64,000 bases of DNA, from assembly GCA_963710605.1 (NCBI GenBank), contig CAVQBA010000007.1, forward strand, positions 96,001 through 160,000, in the 5' to 3' direction. The stretch's first letter is position 1. Each line of letters starts with the position of its first letter. The notes below the pieces were generated by a model, which had not been told where the DNA came from, did no database searches, and saw only the letters and a program-made list of their open reading frames with translations. The translations under genes were made by a program, and so were the position numbers. The DNA comes from an uncultured cyanobacterium (GTDB lineage Bacteria > Cyanobacteriota > Cyanobacteriia > Cyanobacteriales > Cyanobacteriaceae). Positions 28,237 to 40,176 of this stretch are shown piece after piece.

Positions 28237-30108
28237 TTGTCGTCAAATTTTATGAAGATAGCTCTAAAAATATTACCTCGTACTAAACCGCTAAGACTAT
28301 TTATTTGTTTTGGTGGTGGGATATTATTAGCGTTAATTTTATCGACATTTAGTCATTATCGTTACTGGTATGGCACGATGAAATCAGTACAAGCAACTAA
28401 AATCAATATTATTTCTGAAAGTGTACCCACGAAGTTATCTTTACTACTAGTAAATAAGCAAGAAGAAGAGATACAAAAACTTTTAGATAGTACTGATGGC
28501 TATGTTGGCTTAGTGGTTACTGATTGCTTGGAAGTGACGAATAATTGCCTCAATCAAAATATTATTTATCAAACTCAAATCGATCGAGGTTGGGGTAAAA
28601 AGATTCTTCAACCTAACAACTTAGCCCAAAACTCTTTCGATATCTTAACTAATCCCCCACCACTGATTACTAATAACAATTCACAACTTAATCAAAATCA
28701 AACTGCTTCAGAAATTTTAGGTAGAGTTTATTATCTTCGCTTATCTCCTTCTAGTTTTGTTGAAGAATTAAAGGAATGGTTGATTAATCTTATCAAACTC
28801 AAACCTCAAAGTATTATTCATCCTTATACTGCTTTTTTTGCTTTGACTTTTTTGTCTGTGTTTATTGGTTTGAAATTTTTTGAAAGAGAAGTCGAAAAAA
28901 TAGAAAGTATCGCTAAAATCAGGCAAAAAAAACTAGAAATAGATTTAAATAAACTAAAAAAATATAACAAAACACTGATTAATGCTCAAGATAATTTTAA
29001 TCAAGAAATTAATAGTTTAAACGAAGATATTATAAGTTTACAAGCCAGAACAGCTAAATTTAAAGAAGAGATTAAAAATAAAGAAGATAAACAGTATAAG
29101 CAAGAACAAAAAATACTTAAAACTCAAAATATTTTAAGAGAGTATAAAACAGAATTAGCTCAGACAAAAGAAATTAAACTAATAAATGAAGAAGAAAAAG
29201 AAAACTTAATTTCTAAAATTCAACTACAACAAAAAGAATTAGAAGCTCAAGAATCAGATTTAAAAACATACCTAGAAGAATTAAAAGCTACAAATCAAGA
29301 ACTTACTCTTAATCAATACAAAGAAGAGGAAATTCTAAGATTACTGAGAAAAAGAGAAAAAGAAAAAGTACAACTAGAAAAACAACTTAACGAGAAAGAA
29401 AATCAACTCAACGAAAAAGAAAAACAAATTCAAACATTAGAACAACAAAAAAAAGAATATCAAACTTGGCAAGAACTTGCTCAAGAATTAGAAAAAGATT
29501 TAGATGAAGCTGACTTACTACAAGAAAAAGTAGCTCTTTTAGAAAAAGAAAAATTAGACTACGAAAAACTAATTAAAGATTTAGAAACAACTAATGATCA
29601 ACTTAATATTTCTTTATTAGAATCACAAAGACAAAATAGACAAGTAATTATCGATGAGCATCAAAACATAGATGAAGAAATTAATAAAGAATGGACTATT
29701 TTATGTACTGATAAATTTATTGATTTTTGGTATAATCTCAGCGATGAAGATAAAATTAAAACGGTTATTTACATTGATTATTTACAACAAAAAGGAGTTA
29801 CTTTAAACTATCCTTATAGTAGTGATATTAGAGGTTCTTGTTATCGTGAATTAATTCCGATTAGTCATGCTAATGAAGCTATTAGAATATTCTATAAATT
29901 TACTCCGGCGAGAATTCCAATTCTATTATGTGGTGGAGACAAAGATGGTAAAAATTCTGAAAGATGGTATCGCAAATATGTCGGGATTGCAGAAAATGAA
30001 TATAATAATTATTTAAAAAATCAAGAGGCTTTTTCTTTTAATGATCTTTGGCAAGAAATTAATCCTTTAGAACGTAGAAAAGCAATTAAAAAGTTTATGA
30101 AAATCTAA
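28237..30108 (+). CDS. Two-TM protein with long coiled coil and C-terminal RelE/ParE (Gp49-like) domain; ATG at 28252 is a possible start
   Basis: TM segments near aa 20-40 and 197-215; E/K/Q-rich heptads; GVTLNYPYSSDIRGS..REL..IRIFYKF..ILLCGGDK. Confidence 0.75.
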   Translation: MSSNFMKIALKILPRTKPLRLFICFGGGILLALILSTFSHYRYWYGTMKSVQATKINIISESVPTKLSLLLVNKQEEEIQKLLDSTDGYVGLVVTDCLEVTNNCLNQNIIYQTQIDRGWGKKILQPNNLAQNSFDILTNPPPLITNNNSQLNQNQTASEILGRVYYLRLSPSSFVEELKEWLINLIKLKPQSIIHPYTAFFALTFLSVFIGLKFFEREVEKIESIAKIRQKKLEIDLNKLKKYNKTLINAQDNFNQEINSLNEDIISLQARTAKFKEEIKNKEDKQYKQEQKILKTQNILREYKTELAQTKEIKLINEEEKENLISKIQLQQKELEAQESDLKTYLEELKATNQELTLNQYKEEEILRLLRKREKEKVQLEKQLNEKENQLNEKEKQIQTLEQQKKEYQTWQELAQELEKDLDEADLLQEKVALLEKEKLDYEKLIKDLETTNDQLNISLLESQRQNRQVIIDEHQNIDEEINKEWTILCTDKFIDFWYNLSDEDKIKTVIYIDYLQQKGVTLNYPYSSDIRGSCYRELIPISHANEAIRIFYKFTPARIPILLCGGDKDGKNSERWYRKYVGIAENEYNNYLKNQEAFSFNDLWQEINPLERRKAIKKFMKI

Positions 30109-30225
30109 TTGACAATTAATATTTAAAAATTAAAATTGGTTTAACTAATTAGTCTCAATAATAGTCCAAAGGCGATCGTTAATAATAATCACCTTTTTTT
30201 AAATTTTTTTCGATCGAAAGTTTGG

Positions 30226-31219
30226 TTAACGAAACATAATACTAACTGAACTATCTTCATGAATACGCCAAATTGTCTCACCGACAAGATTAGCCACAGA
30301 TAAAACTTTTAGTTGAGGGAAATAATTATCTAAATGAATCGGAATTGTATTGGTAACAATTACTTCTTCAAACACATCGCTAGAAAGACGTGACATTGCA
30401 TGCAGAGAAAACTGCATGAGTAGCACAAGCATATATCTTGTTTGCACCTTCTTTTTTTAATAATCTTGCACCTTCTAGTAAAGTACCGGCTGTATCAATC
30501 ATATCATCAACTAAAATAGCATTTTTCCCCTTAACATCACCAATCACATTCATCACCTCAGCCACATTATGAGCTTGACGACGTTTGTCGATAATTGCTA
30601 AAGGAGCATCATTTAGTTTTTTAGCAAAAGCCCTTGCCCTTGCTACGCCACCAACATCTGGAGAAACAACAACTAAGTCTTCAATGTTTTTTTGTTGTAG
30701 GTAATCTAAAACTACAGGAGAACCATACACATGATCTAATGGAATATCAAAGTATCCTTGTATTTGAGCTGAATGTAAATCCATTGCCAAGACTCTATCC
30801 GCACCACTATTAGTAATCAAATTAGCTACTAATTTAGCGGAAATCGATTCTCTACCTGCTGTTTTACGATCGGCTCTAGCATATCCATAATAAGGAATTA
30901 CAGCGGTTATTTGTCGTGCTGAAGCTCGACGACAAGCATCAATCATAATCATTAATTCCATCAAATTGTCATTAACGGGATTACAGCAAGGTTGAATTAA
31001 ATAAACATCACAACCCCTTATTGATTCTTGGATTTGAACGTATAACTCACCATCGGCGAATCTTTTACGAACCATAGGCCCTAAATCCATACCTAGATAA
31101 CGAGCTATTTCGGTTGCTAAACCAATATTAGCTGAACCTGAGAATAAACGTAAGCGATTGTTCTCGGATATGTGTTGTGACAGTGTTTGATTTACTGTCA
31201 AGGTGGCAGAATGACTCAC
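30226..31219 (-). pseudogene. prs: Ribose-phosphate pyrophosphokinase split by one frameshift near 30400 (possibly a sequencing error)
   Basis: [26 protein letters not shown] in one frame; C-terminal VIVTNTIP...SVSIMFR in another. Confidence 0.85.
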
Positions 31220-31377
31220 GGCAGATTCTTTAGCCTCTGTGAATTTATTACTACTGTACCCATTTATTCTTAAAAAAAAGCACAGATTTATAAATAGCTT
31301 AGCATTTATAATCTACAGTATCAATCAATTTTATTGTTGATTTGTGTATTTTATTATATTATTGTTAATTTTTTTAA

Positions 31378-32031
31378 ATGAAAACTTGGCTAATTACGGG
31401 AACGGATACGGATACGGGTAAAACTATGATCACGACTGCTTTAAGAGCGTATTATCAGCAATATTTTTCTGGTTTAGAAATTGGTTTGATGAAGTTGTTA
31501 CAAACTGGTGTTGGTGGTGATGCCGAGTTTTATCAACAATATTTTGATGATGTGGTAATACCTTTACAATTTTCTGCTCCTGTTGCACCTCCTATTGCGG
31601 CGGCGAGCGAAAATAAGTCGATCGATTTAGCTATTGTTTGGCAAAGTCTATTAAAATTACAACAAACAAAAGATTTAGTTTTAGTTGAGGCTTTAGGTGG
31701 TTTAGGTTCACCGATTACGGACGAATTGACTATTGCCGATATTGCTGGTAGTTGGCATTTAGAAACGATTTTGGTTGTTCCTGTTAAGTTAGGTGCGATC
31801 GCTCATACAGTAGCCAATATTGCTTTGGCAAGACAAAATAAAGTCAAAATCAGAGGAATTATTTTTAATTGTACTCAGCCGTGTAGTGACGAGCAAATTA
31901 ATCAATGGACACCTAAAGATTTAGTTGAATCATTAACTCAAATTCCTGTTTTGGGTTATTTTCCTTATTTAGAATCGATCGATAACTTGACTGATTTAGC
32001 TAAAGTTACGGCGAAAAGTCTTTCTCTTTAA
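31378..32031 (+). CDS. bioD: Dethiobiotin synthetase
   Basis: ITGTDTDTGKT, VEALGG. Confidence 0.92.
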   Translation: MKTWLITGTDTDTGKTMITTALRAYYQQYFSGLEIGLMKLLQTGVGGDAEFYQQYFDDVVIPLQFSAPVAPPIAAASENKSIDLAIVWQSLLKLQQTKDLVLVEALGGLGSPITDELTIADIAGSWHLETILVVPVKLGAIAHTVANIALARQNKVKIRGIIFNCTQPCSDEQINQWTPKDLVESLTQIPVLGYFPYLESIDNLTDLAKVTAKSLSL

Positions 32032-32358
32032 ATCTCAAAAAGAAACACTACTTAAAATAAGCGATCGTTTTTGGTCAATATGTAACCGTTTGATTTTTTT
32101 AACCTGAGTTATATTATTGACTGAATATTGATCAGTATCAGAAAACTACTTTTGAGAGATAAATATATTTAAGGGCAAATTTAGACAATGAAGATAGGCG
32201 GATACTTTTATCTTTTCTCTGATTTTCGACTTGATTAATACTTATTTTTTCTTAGTTTTCTCAAAGTTTTATTCGTTAATTAGATATATTCTGAATCTCG
32301 ATCGACATTTGGTTAAAATAGAAAACTGAATCAAACAAAAGTAAGTCTGAGAAATCCC

Positions 32359-34974
32359 ATGCAATCCCCTTATCAACCCAGTGACATTGAATCGAAGTGG
32401 CAAAAACAATGGTCAGACACTGGATTATATGATACAGAAGAAAATAAAGAAAAACCGAAATATTATGCCCTTTCCATGTTTCCCTACCCTTCAGGAAAAT
32501 TACACATGGGACACGTTCGTAACTACGTAATCACTGATGTTATTGCTCGTTTCAAAAGAATGCAAGGACATCGTGTTTTACATCCTATGGGATGGGATGC
32601 TTTTGGTTTACCCGCAGAAAACGCCGCTATAGATAGAGGAATACCTCCTGCTGAATGGACGTATCAAAATATTGCTCAGATGAGAGAGCAACTCAAAGAA
32701 TTAGGATTATCGATCGATTGGAGTAAAGAAGTTGCTACTTGTTCGCCTGATTATTATAAATGGACGCAATGGCTCTTTTTACAATTTGTGGACGCAGGAC
32801 TAGCATACCAGAAAGAAGCCGCCGTAAATTGGGACCCCGTCGATCAAACCGTACTGGCTAACGAACAAGTAGATGGTGATGGTTACTCATGGCGAAGCGG
32901 AGCGAAAGTAGAAAGAAAACTATTAAAACAATGGTTTTTCAAAATTACCGACTATGCCGAACAACTATTACAAGACTTAGACAAACTAGATGGATGGCCA
33001 GAAAGAGTCAAAACCATGCAGGAAAACTGGATCGGTAAATCTGTTGGTGCTTATCTGGAATTTCCTGTCGTTGGTAGCGATGAAAAAATTGCTGTTTTTA
33101 CCACTCGCCCCGATACTGCCTATGGTGTCACCTATGTCGTACTCGCACCCGAACATCCTTTAACCTCCGTTATCACCACTGACGAATACAAGGAAAAAGT
33201 AGCTAACTTTATTACCGAAGTAAGCGAAGAAAGCGAAATGGAGCGTACTGCCGATGATAAACCAAAAAAAGGTACATTGACAGGAGGCAAAGCCATCAAT
33301 CCTTTTACAGGAGACGAAATACCTATTTTAATTGCTAACTATGTCTTGTACGAATACGGTACGGGGGCAGTTATGGGTGTACCCGCTCACGATACCAGAG
33401 ACTTTAAATTTGCCAAGGAAAACAATTTACCCATCAAAGTAGTCATCTCTCCCGATGATGGTGACGACGGCGAAAATGGCAAGATTGAATTACAAGAAGC
33501 CTATACCGAAGCAGGGACAACGATCGATTCTGGTAAATTTACAGGGATGAATTCAGTAGAAGCAAAAGAAGCCATTATTGCTTACGCCGAAGAGCAAGGT
33601 TACGGTAAAAAACATATTCAATATCGTCTGCGAGACTGGTTGATTTCTCGTCAGCGTTATTGGGGTTGTCCGATTCCCATTATTCATTGTGATGATTGTG
33701 GTAGCGTACCCGTACCCGAACAAGATTTACCAGTCAAATTGCCAGAGCAAGTAGAATTTAGTGGTAGAGGTCCTTCTCCTTTAGCTAAGATGGGTGATTG
33801 GGTTGATGTACCTTGTCCTAAATGCGGTAAACCTGCCAAACGAGAAACAGACACGATGGATACCTTTATCGACTCTTCATGGTATTTTTTGCGTTATACC
33901 GATGCTAACAACGAAGGTGAGTCTTTTAACCTTGAATCCGTGAATGATTGGATGGGGGTTGACCAGTATGTAGGTGGTATTGAACACGCTATCTTACATT
34001 TACTTTATTCTCGTTTCTTTACCAAGGTAGTGAGAGATAGAGGTTTAGTTAATTGTGACGAGCCTTTTAATCGTCTTTTGACTCAAGGTATGGTACAAGG
34101 TTTAACTTACAAAAATCCTGAAACTGATAAATTTGTTTTAGCTGAAAACGTTGAATCTCTAGAAGAGGAAAACGAAAAAGGCGAGATGGTGACAACTTAT
34201 TACGACAAGCAAAACAAAGCTAAATTGTCTTTAGTGTATGAAAAGATGTCTAAGTCTAAATTTAATGGAGTTGACCCTAAAGACGTTTTAAGCGATTATG
34301 GTGCTGATACTGCCAGAATGTTTATTTTGTTTAAAGCACCACCAGAAAAAGATTTGGAATGGCAAGAGGCGGATGTTGAAGGGCAATATCGTTTCTTGAA
34401 TCGTGTTTGGTTGTTGGTGAATGAATTTATTGATAACACCGAGAGTGCGAAGGAGAAAACTTGTGAGAAGGATAAATTAACTAAAGATGAAAAAGACTTA
34501 AGAAGGGCGATTCATACCGCAATCAAAGAGATAACCGAAGATTTAAATGGTGATTATCAATTTAATACGGCAATCTCTGAGTTGATGAAACTTAATAATG
34601 CTTTACGGGAAACAAAGGCAAAAACTTCTGCTGTTTATCGTGAAGGTGTAGAAACTTTACTTGTCTTGTTAGCACCTTTTTCCCCTCATCTAACTGAGGA
34701 GTTGTGGCAAATGTTGGGTAATAGTGATTCTATTCATACTCAAGATTGGTTGACTTTAGATGAATCTGCTTTAGTGGTGGATGAGATTACTTTGGTGATT
34801 CAGATTATGGGTAAAACTAGAGGTACTATTTCTGTACCCGCTTCTTCGAGTAAGGATGAGTTAGAAAAATACGCTCGTGAATCGGAGATTGCTCAAAAAT
34901 ATATTGCAGATAAGGAAGTGAAGAAGGTGATTGTTGTACCTAATAAGTTAGTTAATTTTGTTGTGCCGAAATAA
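32359..34974 (+). CDS. leuS: Leucine-tRNA ligase
   Basis: [28 protein letters not shown]. Confidence 0.98.
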   Translation: MQSPYQPSDIESKWQKQWSDTGLYDTEENKEKPKYYALSMFPYPSGKLHMGHVRNYVITDVIARFKRMQGHRVLHPMGWDAFGLPAENAAIDRGIPPAEWTYQNIAQMREQLKELGLSIDWSKEVATCSPDYYKWTQWLFLQFVDAGLAYQKEAAVNWDPVDQTVLANEQVDGDGYSWRSGAKVERKLLKQWFFKITDYAEQLLQDLDKLDGWPERVKTMQENWIGKSVGAYLEFPVVGSDEKIAVFTTRPDTAYGVTYVVLAPEHPLTSVITTDEYKEKVANFITEVSEESEMERTADDKPKKGTLTGGKAINPFTGDEIPILIANYVLYEYGTGAVMGVPAHDTRDFKFAKENNLPIKVVISPDDGDDGENGKIELQEAYTEAGTTIDSGKFTGMNSVEAKEAIIAYAEEQGYGKKHIQYRLRDWLISRQRYWGCPIPIIHCDDCGSVPVPEQDLPVKLPEQVEFSGRGPSPLAKMGDWVDVPCPKCGKPAKRETDTMDTFIDSSWYFLRYTDANNEGESFNLESVNDWMGVDQYVGGIEHAILHLLYSRFFTKVVRDRGLVNCDEPFNRLLTQGMVQGLTYKNPETDKFVLAENVESLEEENEKGEMVTTYYDKQNKAKLSLVYEKMSKSKFNGVDPKDVLSDYGADTARMFILFKAPPEKDLEWQEADVEGQYRFLNRVWLLVNEFIDNTESAKEKTCEKDKLTKDEKDLRRAIHTAIKEITEDLNGDYQFNTAISELMKLNNALRETKAKTSAVYREGVETLLVLLAPFSPHLTEELWQMLGNSDSIHTQDWLTLDESALVVDEITLVIQIMGKTRGTISVPASSSKDELEKYARESEIAQKYIADKEVKKVIVVPNKLVNFVVPK

Positions 34975-34986
34975 AAAATAAGGTGT

Positions 34987-35039
34987 GCCTTGAATTCAGT
35001 CATTCAAGGCTAATAAAATTCGTTTAATAAATTAAACTT
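34987..35039 (+). repeat. 53-bp double-hairpin dispersed repeat, copy 2 (just after leuS stop; may act as terminator)
   Basis: GCCTTGAAT/ATTCAAGGC stem plus CGTTTAATAAATTAAACTT. Confidence 0.7.
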
Positions 35040-35399
35040 GAAAATCGATCGTTTTAATATTATTTGTGTATCAGACAAACATTTAAAACAAAATTAGCAT
35101 TGTAATTTGAAATAATCATGAAAAAGTTTTTGATTACTGTGGTTTTTTTGGTCACTATTGATATTTTTATTTTTTTGTATAAATTATGCTCAACCATTAC
35201 CAATACAAAAACAAGAAATAGTTAAAATACAGATATTTGAAAAGTTTGAAATCAAATATAAAAAACGTAAAAATTATTTAATTGATAAGAGTTAAAAAAT
35301 ACGTAAGATTATCAGATTTAAAACTTCATAATTTAATTGTGCTAAACCTATAGTAAACACTTACTATAAAAATAGGTAATATAATACTCACAAAAATAG

Positions 35400-36746
35400 A
35401 TGAATCAAAATACTATCTCGACAGACAAAATTATCAGTGCGTCTTTACTTCGGTTAAGAATGAAGTCACCATTTTTTGCTACCTTAGCTTTATTTGCTCG
35501 TTTTATTCCTACTACTTCAACTCCTACCGCCGCTACAGATGGGAAGGATATATTTTTTAATCCAGATTTTTTGCTGTCTTTACCTTCAGCACAACAAGAT
35601 GGTTTGTTTTTACATGAAGTTTTACACGCGGCTTTGCTTCATGTTTTACGTCGAGGTGTCAGAAACCCACAATTATGGAATATTGCCGCTGATATAGTCG
35701 TTAATGGTACTATTTCTGCTCAAGGTTGTTTTGAGTTACCTGCTAATGCGATTCGAGATCAGAAATTAGAACATTTAAGTGTCGAAGAAATTTATGAGTT
35801 GTTATTGCAAGAAGAAAAATGTAGTCATGATTTAATCATGCCCGATTTGTTAGATAATCCTCCTTCTGGTGGCGAGGGCGATGGTAGTAATAATTATCAA
35901 AATCTACCTGATGATGTCAAAAATGATAATAATCAAGGAGAAGAAGATAGTAATAATCAACAATCAAAAGGTGACGATAGCCAAGGCAAAGGAAAAGGGC
36001 AAGATTCTGACGGAGAAGACACTCAAGGAAAAGGGCAAAATTCTGACGGAGAAGATACTCAAACAAAAACAACTAACAATACAGATAGTTTATCCGAGGC
36101 AAAAAAAGCTCAGTTAGAATCTCATTGGCAAAATGCACTACAACAGGCGACAGTTATCGCCCGTACAACGAATCAAGGAAATTTACCCGCAGGAATGGCA
36201 AGAGAGTTAGGAGTATTAAATCAAGCCCAGTTAGATTGGCGTAGTTATTTGTGGCGGTATTTAGTCAAAACACCCACGGATTTTACTAATTTCGATCGTC
36301 GTTTTGTGGGTCGTGGTTTATATTTAGAGACATTAGAGGGTGAATCGGTAAAAGTATATGTAGCGATCGATACTAGTGGCTCGATCGATAATCAGCAGTT
36401 AAAAATGTTTCTTAGTGAAGTTAATGGTATTCTTAATTCTTATCCTCATTTAGAATGTGAATTATATTATGCTGATGCTGATGTATATGGTCCTTATGAA
36501 GTAGATGCGAATAGTGATATACCACAACCAGAAGGTGGTGGAGGTACTTCTTTTATTCCCTTTTTCGATCGGGTTAGTAACAGTTGGGATGGTATGACAA
36601 CAGGAGTTTGTGTTTATCTCACTGATGGTTACGGCTCGTTTCCCGATACTTTACCTGAATTACCTGTGTTGTGGGTGGTGACACCAGGGGGTTTAGATTT
36701 ATCGCAGTTTCCTTTTGGGGAAGCGGTGAGATTGTTGTCAATTTAA
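35400..36746 (+). CDS. DUF2201-type metallopeptidase plus vWA domain protein
   Basis: TAATDG, HEVLH, WNIAAD; DTSGS MIDAS, GGGGT, LTDG; acidic linker with 36-bp tandem repeat (GKGQxSDGEDTQ)x2. Confidence 0.88.
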   Translation: MNQNTISTDKIISASLLRLRMKSPFFATLALFARFIPTTSTPTAATDGKDIFFNPDFLLSLPSAQQDGLFLHEVLHAALLHVLRRGVRNPQLWNIAADIVVNGTISAQGCFELPANAIRDQKLEHLSVEEIYELLLQEEKCSHDLIMPDLLDNPPSGGEGDGSNNYQNLPDDVKNDNNQGEEDSNNQQSKGDDSQGKGKGQDSDGEDTQGKGQNSDGEDTQTKTTNNTDSLSEAKKAQLESHWQNALQQATVIARTTNQGNLPAGMARELGVLNQAQLDWRSYLWRYLVKTPTDFTNFDRRFVGRGLYLETLEGESVKVYVAIDTSGSIDNQQLKMFLSEVNGILNSYPHLECELYYADADVYGPYEVDANSDIPQPEGGGGTSFIPFFDRVSNSWDGMTTGVCVYLTDGYGSFPDTLPELPVLWVVTPGGLDLSQFPFGEAVRLLSI

Positions 36747-36917
36747 TTAATGTTGTAATTTGTGATTATGTTGAATTGTAATTATGATAATTATGAGTCG
36801 AAAAAAAGTATTCAAATATTACAAAACAAAAATAATTTGATGTTCAATCGATGATAAATAGCTACACAAAATTTTGTTTATATTAAGAAAAAATAGCATC
36901 GTGATTGGGATAATAAA

Positions 36918-38273
36918 ATGAATATAGAACAACAAAGAATTGAAGCACAAAACGATAATACTACTGCAAACAGATTAGTTGAGTTAGCGAAAAATCAAGA
37001 TTATCTTACCCGTCGATATGTTACTTCTAACCCTAATACTCCTAAACAAACATTATTTAATTTAGGTGTTTTATTTCCTAGAGAATTAATCAATAATCCT
37101 ATTTTTGATTTGTTTATTTTAGAAGATATTAATTTTGTTGAGAATATGCCATTACCTACTTTAATCGCTATTTTGCGTCAACAGGATGTACCAGACTTTG
37201 TTTATCAAGGAGCAACTAATCGTGCTGAATTAGAAACTCAATTATTATTAGCTAATAAAACAGATACCTCTCAAGATACTTTAGAAAAACTAACTAAAAG
37301 TAAGTATTGTGAAGTTAGACAAGTTGCAAATCTCCATATTAATTTGGCAGGAGAATTAGAAGATGAATATGAAGAAAAAGGACAAAAATCAATTAGAAAA
37401 TTGTTTAATTGTTTAAAACATTCTCATTTAAAAGTACAAAAATTGCAATTGTTATGTGAAATAGTTTTGTTACCAGATTTTATCGTTGAATATTTAATCT
37501 ATAACGGTTATTATTCTATTTTGATCAATATGGCTAAATGTATTCATTCTTTACCGACAGTTTTTGAACAAATAGCGACATATAATAAGTATCAAAAAAA
37601 ATTTAAGTTAACTAAACAAAACTTTAATTTAATCAGAAGAAATTTAGCTGAAAATCCGCACCTTTCTACAGATACTTTTTATCTCTTAATGAAAGAAAAT
37701 AAAGATAGTGTTGTTACTAAAAATTTGGCTGAAAATCCTCGTACTCCAGTAGATATTTTAAAAAAATTAGCTAAAAGTCAAAATAAATGGGTTCGTTATC
37801 GGGTGGCTAACAATCCTAATACCTCAATCACGGTGTTAGAAGATTTAACAAAAGATAAAATGTCTCTAACTGCCAAATCTGCTCAAAAAAATATTCTTAG
37901 TCAAACAAATAATAAAAGTACTTTATTGTCTGATAATTATGAATTAAAAAACTCATCTCAATTTTCATGGCAGAATTTTAAAGAAATTATAAGTCAAGAT
38001 ACTTATTTATTTAAAAATGATCACGATCGTTTAGCCGAAGTATTAAATTACTATATTCTATCTAAATGTCCGTTGACTCGTTATGTTGTCTTATCACAAC
38101 CTCAGCTATCTCAAGAAAGACTAACAGAAGCTACTTTTTCTGTATGTTGGAGCGATCGATTTGCTGTCAGTCAAAATCCTAACACTCCTTTGGATGTCTT
38201 AAAAAAATTAGCCCAAGACAGCAATCAATTAGTACGTGCAGGGGCTAAAAATAATTCTAGTTTTAGTCAATAA
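36918..38273 (+). CDS. Leucine-rich-variant (LRV)/HEAT repeat protein
   Basis: Repeated A.NP.TP...L..LA.D....VR units. Confidence 0.8.
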   Translation: MNIEQQRIEAQNDNTTANRLVELAKNQDYLTRRYVTSNPNTPKQTLFNLGVLFPRELINNPIFDLFILEDINFVENMPLPTLIAILRQQDVPDFVYQGATNRAELETQLLLANKTDTSQDTLEKLTKSKYCEVRQVANLHINLAGELEDEYEEKGQKSIRKLFNCLKHSHLKVQKLQLLCEIVLLPDFIVEYLIYNGYYSILINMAKCIHSLPTVFEQIATYNKYQKKFKLTKQNFNLIRRNLAENPHLSTDTFYLLMKENKDSVVTKNLAENPRTPVDILKKLAKSQNKWVRYRVANNPNTSITVLEDLTKDKMSLTAKSAQKNILSQTNNKSTLLSDNYELKNSSQFSWQNFKEIISQDTYLFKNDHDRLAEVLNYYILSKCPLTRYVVLSQPQLSQERLTEATFSVCWSDRFAVSQNPNTPLDVLKKLAQDSNQLVRAGAKNNSSFSQ

Positions 38274-38373
38274 AACCTAATCTATATCAGTGATATGAAA
38301 TAATAAAATAAAGTAATCAAACTCGAATCTATCAAATAGATTGATTTACTCATTTATTAGTTAATTTTAGAAG

Positions 38374-38937
38374 TTAATCGATCGTTATTTCTAACCCTAA
38401 TAACATATCCTCCCCAGACAAAACCACAGGCATATTAACTACTTCTACTTCTTGCTTAGGGCGATAGATTTCGACTTGTTTTTGATGAGGATTAATTAAC
38501 CAGCCTAACTGTAACCCTGAATCTAAATACTCTTGCATCTTTTCTTGTAATGGTTTGAGTCGATCGCTTTTTGATCTTAATTCAATGACAAAATCAGGAC
38601 AAATGGGCGGAAAACCTTCTTTTTGGGCTTGAGTAAGATTATTCCATTTTTGGGCAGATACCCATGCTACATCAGGAAACCTGTCGCCACCGTTTGGTAA
38701 ACTAAAAATAGCGGAAGAACTAAAAACAAATCCTAATCGACTTTGATTATTCCATAAACTAACTTGAAATATTAAATTAGCTTCTTCTCTACCACTTTCT
38801 CCACCAACTGGCGACATAATAATTAATTTCCCCTCGGGGTTTCTTTCTATTTGTAAATCTGGATTTTTCAAGCAAAGTTGATAAAATTGTTCTCTACTTA
38901 AAGAGGTAATTGGTTCAAGGTTTATTACTGTTTGCAT
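38374..38937 (-). CDS. Uma2 family endonuclease
   Basis: PDVAWV, PDFVIELRS, KMQEY, LGWLINP. Confidence 0.92.
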   Translation of the reverse strand: MQTVINLEPITSLSREQFYQLCLKNPDLQIERNPEGKLIIMSPVGGESGREEANLIFQVSLWNNQSRLGFVFSSSAIFSLPNGGDRFPDVAWVSAQKWNNLTQAQKEGFPPICPDFVIELRSKSDRLKPLQEKMQEYLDSGLQLGWLINPHQKQVEIYRPKQEVEVVNMPVVLSGEDMLLGLEITID

Positions 38938-39093
38938 CTTTAATTTACCTCCATGATTTGATTTTTCTATTTTACATCTGATTTTAAGTGTAATTGTTGA
39001 AGTTCGATCGAGTTTGTATTATATGAGTTAATACGATCGAACTTTATTTACAATAGATCAAAAATCTGGGTTATTTTTTCTTCAAGATAAATA

Positions 39094-39834
39094 ATGGATA
39101 TCAGACAAAAAAAGCAATTAGCGATCGCAGAAGATACACCTGCTGATACTTTAGAACAATTAAGTAAAGATATAGATGAGGAGATACTAAAATTAGTAGC
39201 TCGTAATCCCAACACAGATATCAAGATTTTAGAAAAATTAAGTTACAAATTTCCTGAAGCAGTAATTGGAAATCCGATTTTTGATTTATTGATTTTAGAG
39301 AATACTGATAGTTATCTTGTCAAATCAACTTTAGCTAGAAGCTCAACTACACCACAACCAGTATTAAAGAAACTCGCAAACGATCGAGATTCTTCTATTC
39401 GTCGCATCGTCGCAGAAAATAGGCAAACTAACGTAGAATTATTATGGCTACTAACTAAAGACGTTGATAGTGGCGTTCGTCGAGGAGTGGCAAGTAATAC
39501 AAATTTACCTCTAGAGATATTTTTATATTTAGCTAAAGACAAAGATATTAGTATTCGTGAAGCTGTCGCCCAAAATTCTCATACACCAACTGATATTCTT
39601 GAAAGTTTAGCCCGAAATCAACACACTCGTATTCGTCTGGCGATTGCGAATAATCACGATACTCCTTTAGAATTACTGAACAAATTAGCTAAAGATAAAT
39701 CTCATGAAGTATGTTTGGCTGTGATTCGCAATCCGCAAACATTATTAATCGGTAGAAAGATTTTAAAAAGACTAACTAGAAACAAAAATAGAGAGATAGC
39801 AAGGGCGGCACAAGAGGTTTTAAATATAGCTTGA
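39094..39834 (+). CDS. LRV/HEAT repeat protein
   Basis: About 24-aa repeats; shares NPIFDL.ILE with 36918-38273. Confidence 0.82.
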   Translation: MDIRQKKQLAIAEDTPADTLEQLSKDIDEEILKLVARNPNTDIKILEKLSYKFPEAVIGNPIFDLLILENTDSYLVKSTLARSSTTPQPVLKKLANDRDSSIRRIVAENRQTNVELLWLLTKDVDSGVRRGVASNTNLPLEIFLYLAKDKDISIREAVAQNSHTPTDILESLARNQHTRIRLAIANNHDTPLELLNKLAKDKSHEVCLAVIRNPQTLLIGRKILKRLTRNKNREIARAAQEVLNIA

Positions 39835-39890
39835 TTTTCGATCGATGAAACTATATTTTTAAATCTGTGCGTCTAATTAATTAAAGATAT

Positions 39891-39998
39891 TATAGCAATT
39901 ATTAGTATGATGAAGTACATCTCGATCCCCCTAAATCCCCCTTATAAAGGGGGACTTGCAAATAATTAATGTACCTCATAATGATGGTAAACGCTATA
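39891..39998. mobile_element. 108-bp TATAGC...GCTATA MITE-like element, second copy
   Basis: Colinear with 83-190. Confidence 0.75.
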
Positions 39999-40176
39999 TA
40001 GTTTTACTATATAGACGATCGTATTTTACTCCAACGGTTGAAAACTCCTCAGTCAAAGTATTTTCAACTAATGTTTGATGATTATTCCTCTCCTCAAAAT
40101 AAAAAATCATCGCTTTAACTCAAGAAAAATTAACTTTTTTTGATACACCTGAATTAAATTAAACCCTAGTTAGATT

